From Moniliella sp. 'wahieum' (taxonomy: Eukaryota), in contig RSEE01000031.1 in assembly GCA_003971905.1 (NCBI GenBank), forward strand, positions 310,001-374,000: a stretch of DNA of 64,000 bases, in the 5' to 3' direction. The notes beneath the pieces were generated by a model. It was given only the letters and a program-made list of their open reading frames with translations. It did not search any database and had not been told where the DNA came from. Made by a program: the position numbers and the translations under genes. Below, one piece after another: positions 62,019 through 64,000 of the stretch (position 1 is the first letter of the stretch; the number at the start of each line of letters is the position of its first letter).

Positions 62019-62079
62019 CGCGTTACGCGTTACGCGTTACCTCACCGGTCACCGCTAACCGGCGGTCATGCATCATGCA
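62019..62079. repeat. TNA-N4-TNA arrays (CGCG, CCGG, TGCA cores)
   Basis: CGCG TTA CGCG TTA CGCG TTA .. TCA CCGG TCA CCGC TAA CCGG .. TCA TGCA TCA TGCA. Confidence 0.8.
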
Positions 62080-63066
62080 CCCTGGCTGCTATGTAAGTCT
62101 GTGGGCATGCCGGCGTGTGTGCCTGAAAGTGTGCCTTGGTTCCAATGCGTCTCATCCGGTTCCTGAGCTGCCGGCAAGGCTGCGGAATCCAGCCCGCCTG
62201 GCCCGTGGTCCCCGTGGCTAGCTGACTGACTCGCCGCGCCGGATGCACTTCTAAAATTTCAGCTTATTCAGCTGCTGAATACTCAGCGATGGATGCTCGA
62301 TGGCCCGCGCACGGGGCCAGTGCTGCGCCAGACTGCCCCGCTGGGCCGTGGTTCTGTCATGATCTGATCGATGAAGCTGAAGAGTTTTTACATGATTTTT
62401 TTGATCATAGCCGACAGTCCATAGTCCATGGCAGTCGGTAGCCGACACCATTCACAACTCCTCCCATGCACCATGTGCGGTGTTCGAGTTCAAGGCCCGA
62501 TGCCCGGTGCCGATCGTCGGTGCACGCTCTGCTTCCTCCAAACATGCCTCGCGCACCCTCATCCATCCTGCATCACCCATTGTAGTCACTAGTCAGGCCC
62601 CTGCGCCTGATGTGCTGTGGGGCCGAGTAGGCGTAGAAGGTCCGAATAGGCTCGCCGCCTTGGTTTCTCATCCGACTCCCGTTCGCTTTGCTTTCTCCGT
62701 TGTACGCTCCTTCTTTTCACCACCACCTTTTCCCAGCCACTTTTCCCGCTGTCCCTTGCTCCCACATCCCACCGCCTCTCTCACCTGCGTATGCCCCTCT
62801 AGCCTCTGGCGCCCCCGAACGGCCCTGCTGCTCTCCCATCTTTTTCTGCGCCCGCCCTTTCCCACGCGCTCTCCCTTATCGCGTCGCCAGCTTGCACCGC
62901 ATCTTCTGCAGCGTCGGCCCTATAGCAGCACCTGCCCGCCTGTCTCAACTGCCTGCGTAACTTGGCACAGCCTCTGCTCCTAACCTGCCACCCGCTTGCG
63001 CATTCTTGCCTTTTTTCGCACTTCCACAGCCACACCATTTCAGTTTCCTGGCAGACCCATCCTCGC

Positions 63067-64000
63067 ATGCCAGTCCCTGTGTCGAAGCCTGAGCCACGTA
63101 TGTCGACTGCTGTTACCAACCAGCCTTCTCCTACCCGTCTGCGCAACATGCCCCCTATGTACCCACCGATCCGCACAAGGACTCCAGTGTAAGTTACATT
63201 CTTAATCGTTTCGCACTGAGAGTACGAAATACTGATTGCTGAAATACTGATTGCTGACTTTTGGTTGTGCTCCCCCCTGGATCAAGATCCCGAGTACCTT
63301 ACCACCAAGATCTTCCGCCGCTCCCTTTTGGGACCCTCGCGTGAAACTGATCCTCAACAGTCGTCCACGCTGCGCACTGGCTTCTCATCGGTACGTTGAT
63401 TAAGATTGCTGATCCTGCGTATTGCATGATGCATGATCGATGATCCCTTGCTACGAGGTGTGGGCGAAGTACCTTCGCACTGCCATGCACAGCGTCCACG
63501 CCCGTGGCTCTTGTGGGAAGTGTGTTTGTGGCGCTCGTGTCTCGTTCACGCCGCCTGTGCCCGATGCGCAGGGGGTTCGAAGGAGATCGACCCCCTCTTG
63601 GCCTTTCACGCGCACCTACTGACCCAGTTGGCTGTACATATTATTTTTTGCTGGTCTTGGGTGTCCGTTTTCAACATTCAACGTTTAATGTCCTCTCATT
63701 CTCTCTCTGCTGGCCGATTCCTACTACCGCTCTCATTGCTCGCGCCCACCAGTCTGCCCACATGTTGCCGCGCGTACCGGATGCAGAATGGAACACTTCC
63801 GGTCCACGCCACCACGATCTGACCACCCCCCACAACACCGCTCCTGCACTTGGTTCGGTTCCGGCCCCCGCTTCCACTCCCACTTCCGCCGTTGCCCCGA
63901 ACAACATCTTCTTCCCCGTCGAAACCGCAATGCCTCCACCAGCACCGTCGGGCTCGCTGAACCAAGGGGGTACCTACTACCCGCCCCCACTGGACTATTC
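63067..64000 (+). CDS. 5' part of an unidentified intron-containing, Pro/Ser/Thr-rich protein gene running off the window
   Basis: Pyrimidine-rich leader, MPVPVSKPEPRMSTAV..., donor-like GTAAGT (~63189) and GTACGT (63391), open frame NTSGPRHHDLTT..MPPPAPSGSLNQGGTYYPPPLDY to the edge. Confidence 0.4.

Overview
Gene-dense, GC-rich fungal chromosomal segment with short GT..AG introns and CTRAC branch points. It is a basidiomycete, probably Ustilaginomycotina (inferred from protein and intron style). It carries about 17 housekeeping genes: MPP-alpha/MAS2, CaMK, YPK1, MIS12, proteasome beta4/PRE1, MDH, RPS18, a Cu-type P1B ATPase, an Ams2/Spt21-like protein, SIW14, eIF3g, SKT5/CHS4, a P4-ATPase flippase, an SDR, PFK, SIS1 and PGK, plus one hypothetical gene and an intron-containing tRNA-Val(TAC). 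Almost every gene is broken by single-base frameshifts, most likely uncorrected long-read indel errors, so CDS coordinates are gene spans rather than exact models. Intergenic DNA holds 5'-truncated copies of a CRE-clade (Cnl1/MoTeR-like, restriction-like-endonuclease) non-LTR retrotransposon with a conserved non-poly(A) 3' tail, and a second unexplained ~230-bp dispersed repeat. The most unusual signal is non-coding: many short arrays follow one grammar, TNA-[4-bp palindrome]-TNA with a 7-bp period. At least 13 of the 16 possible palindromic cores occur, cores can switch within an array without losing phase, and arrays sit mostly 150-400 bp upstream of start codons and in an ~8-kb gene-poor stretch. 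This points to an uncharacterised sequence-generating process or cis-element system.
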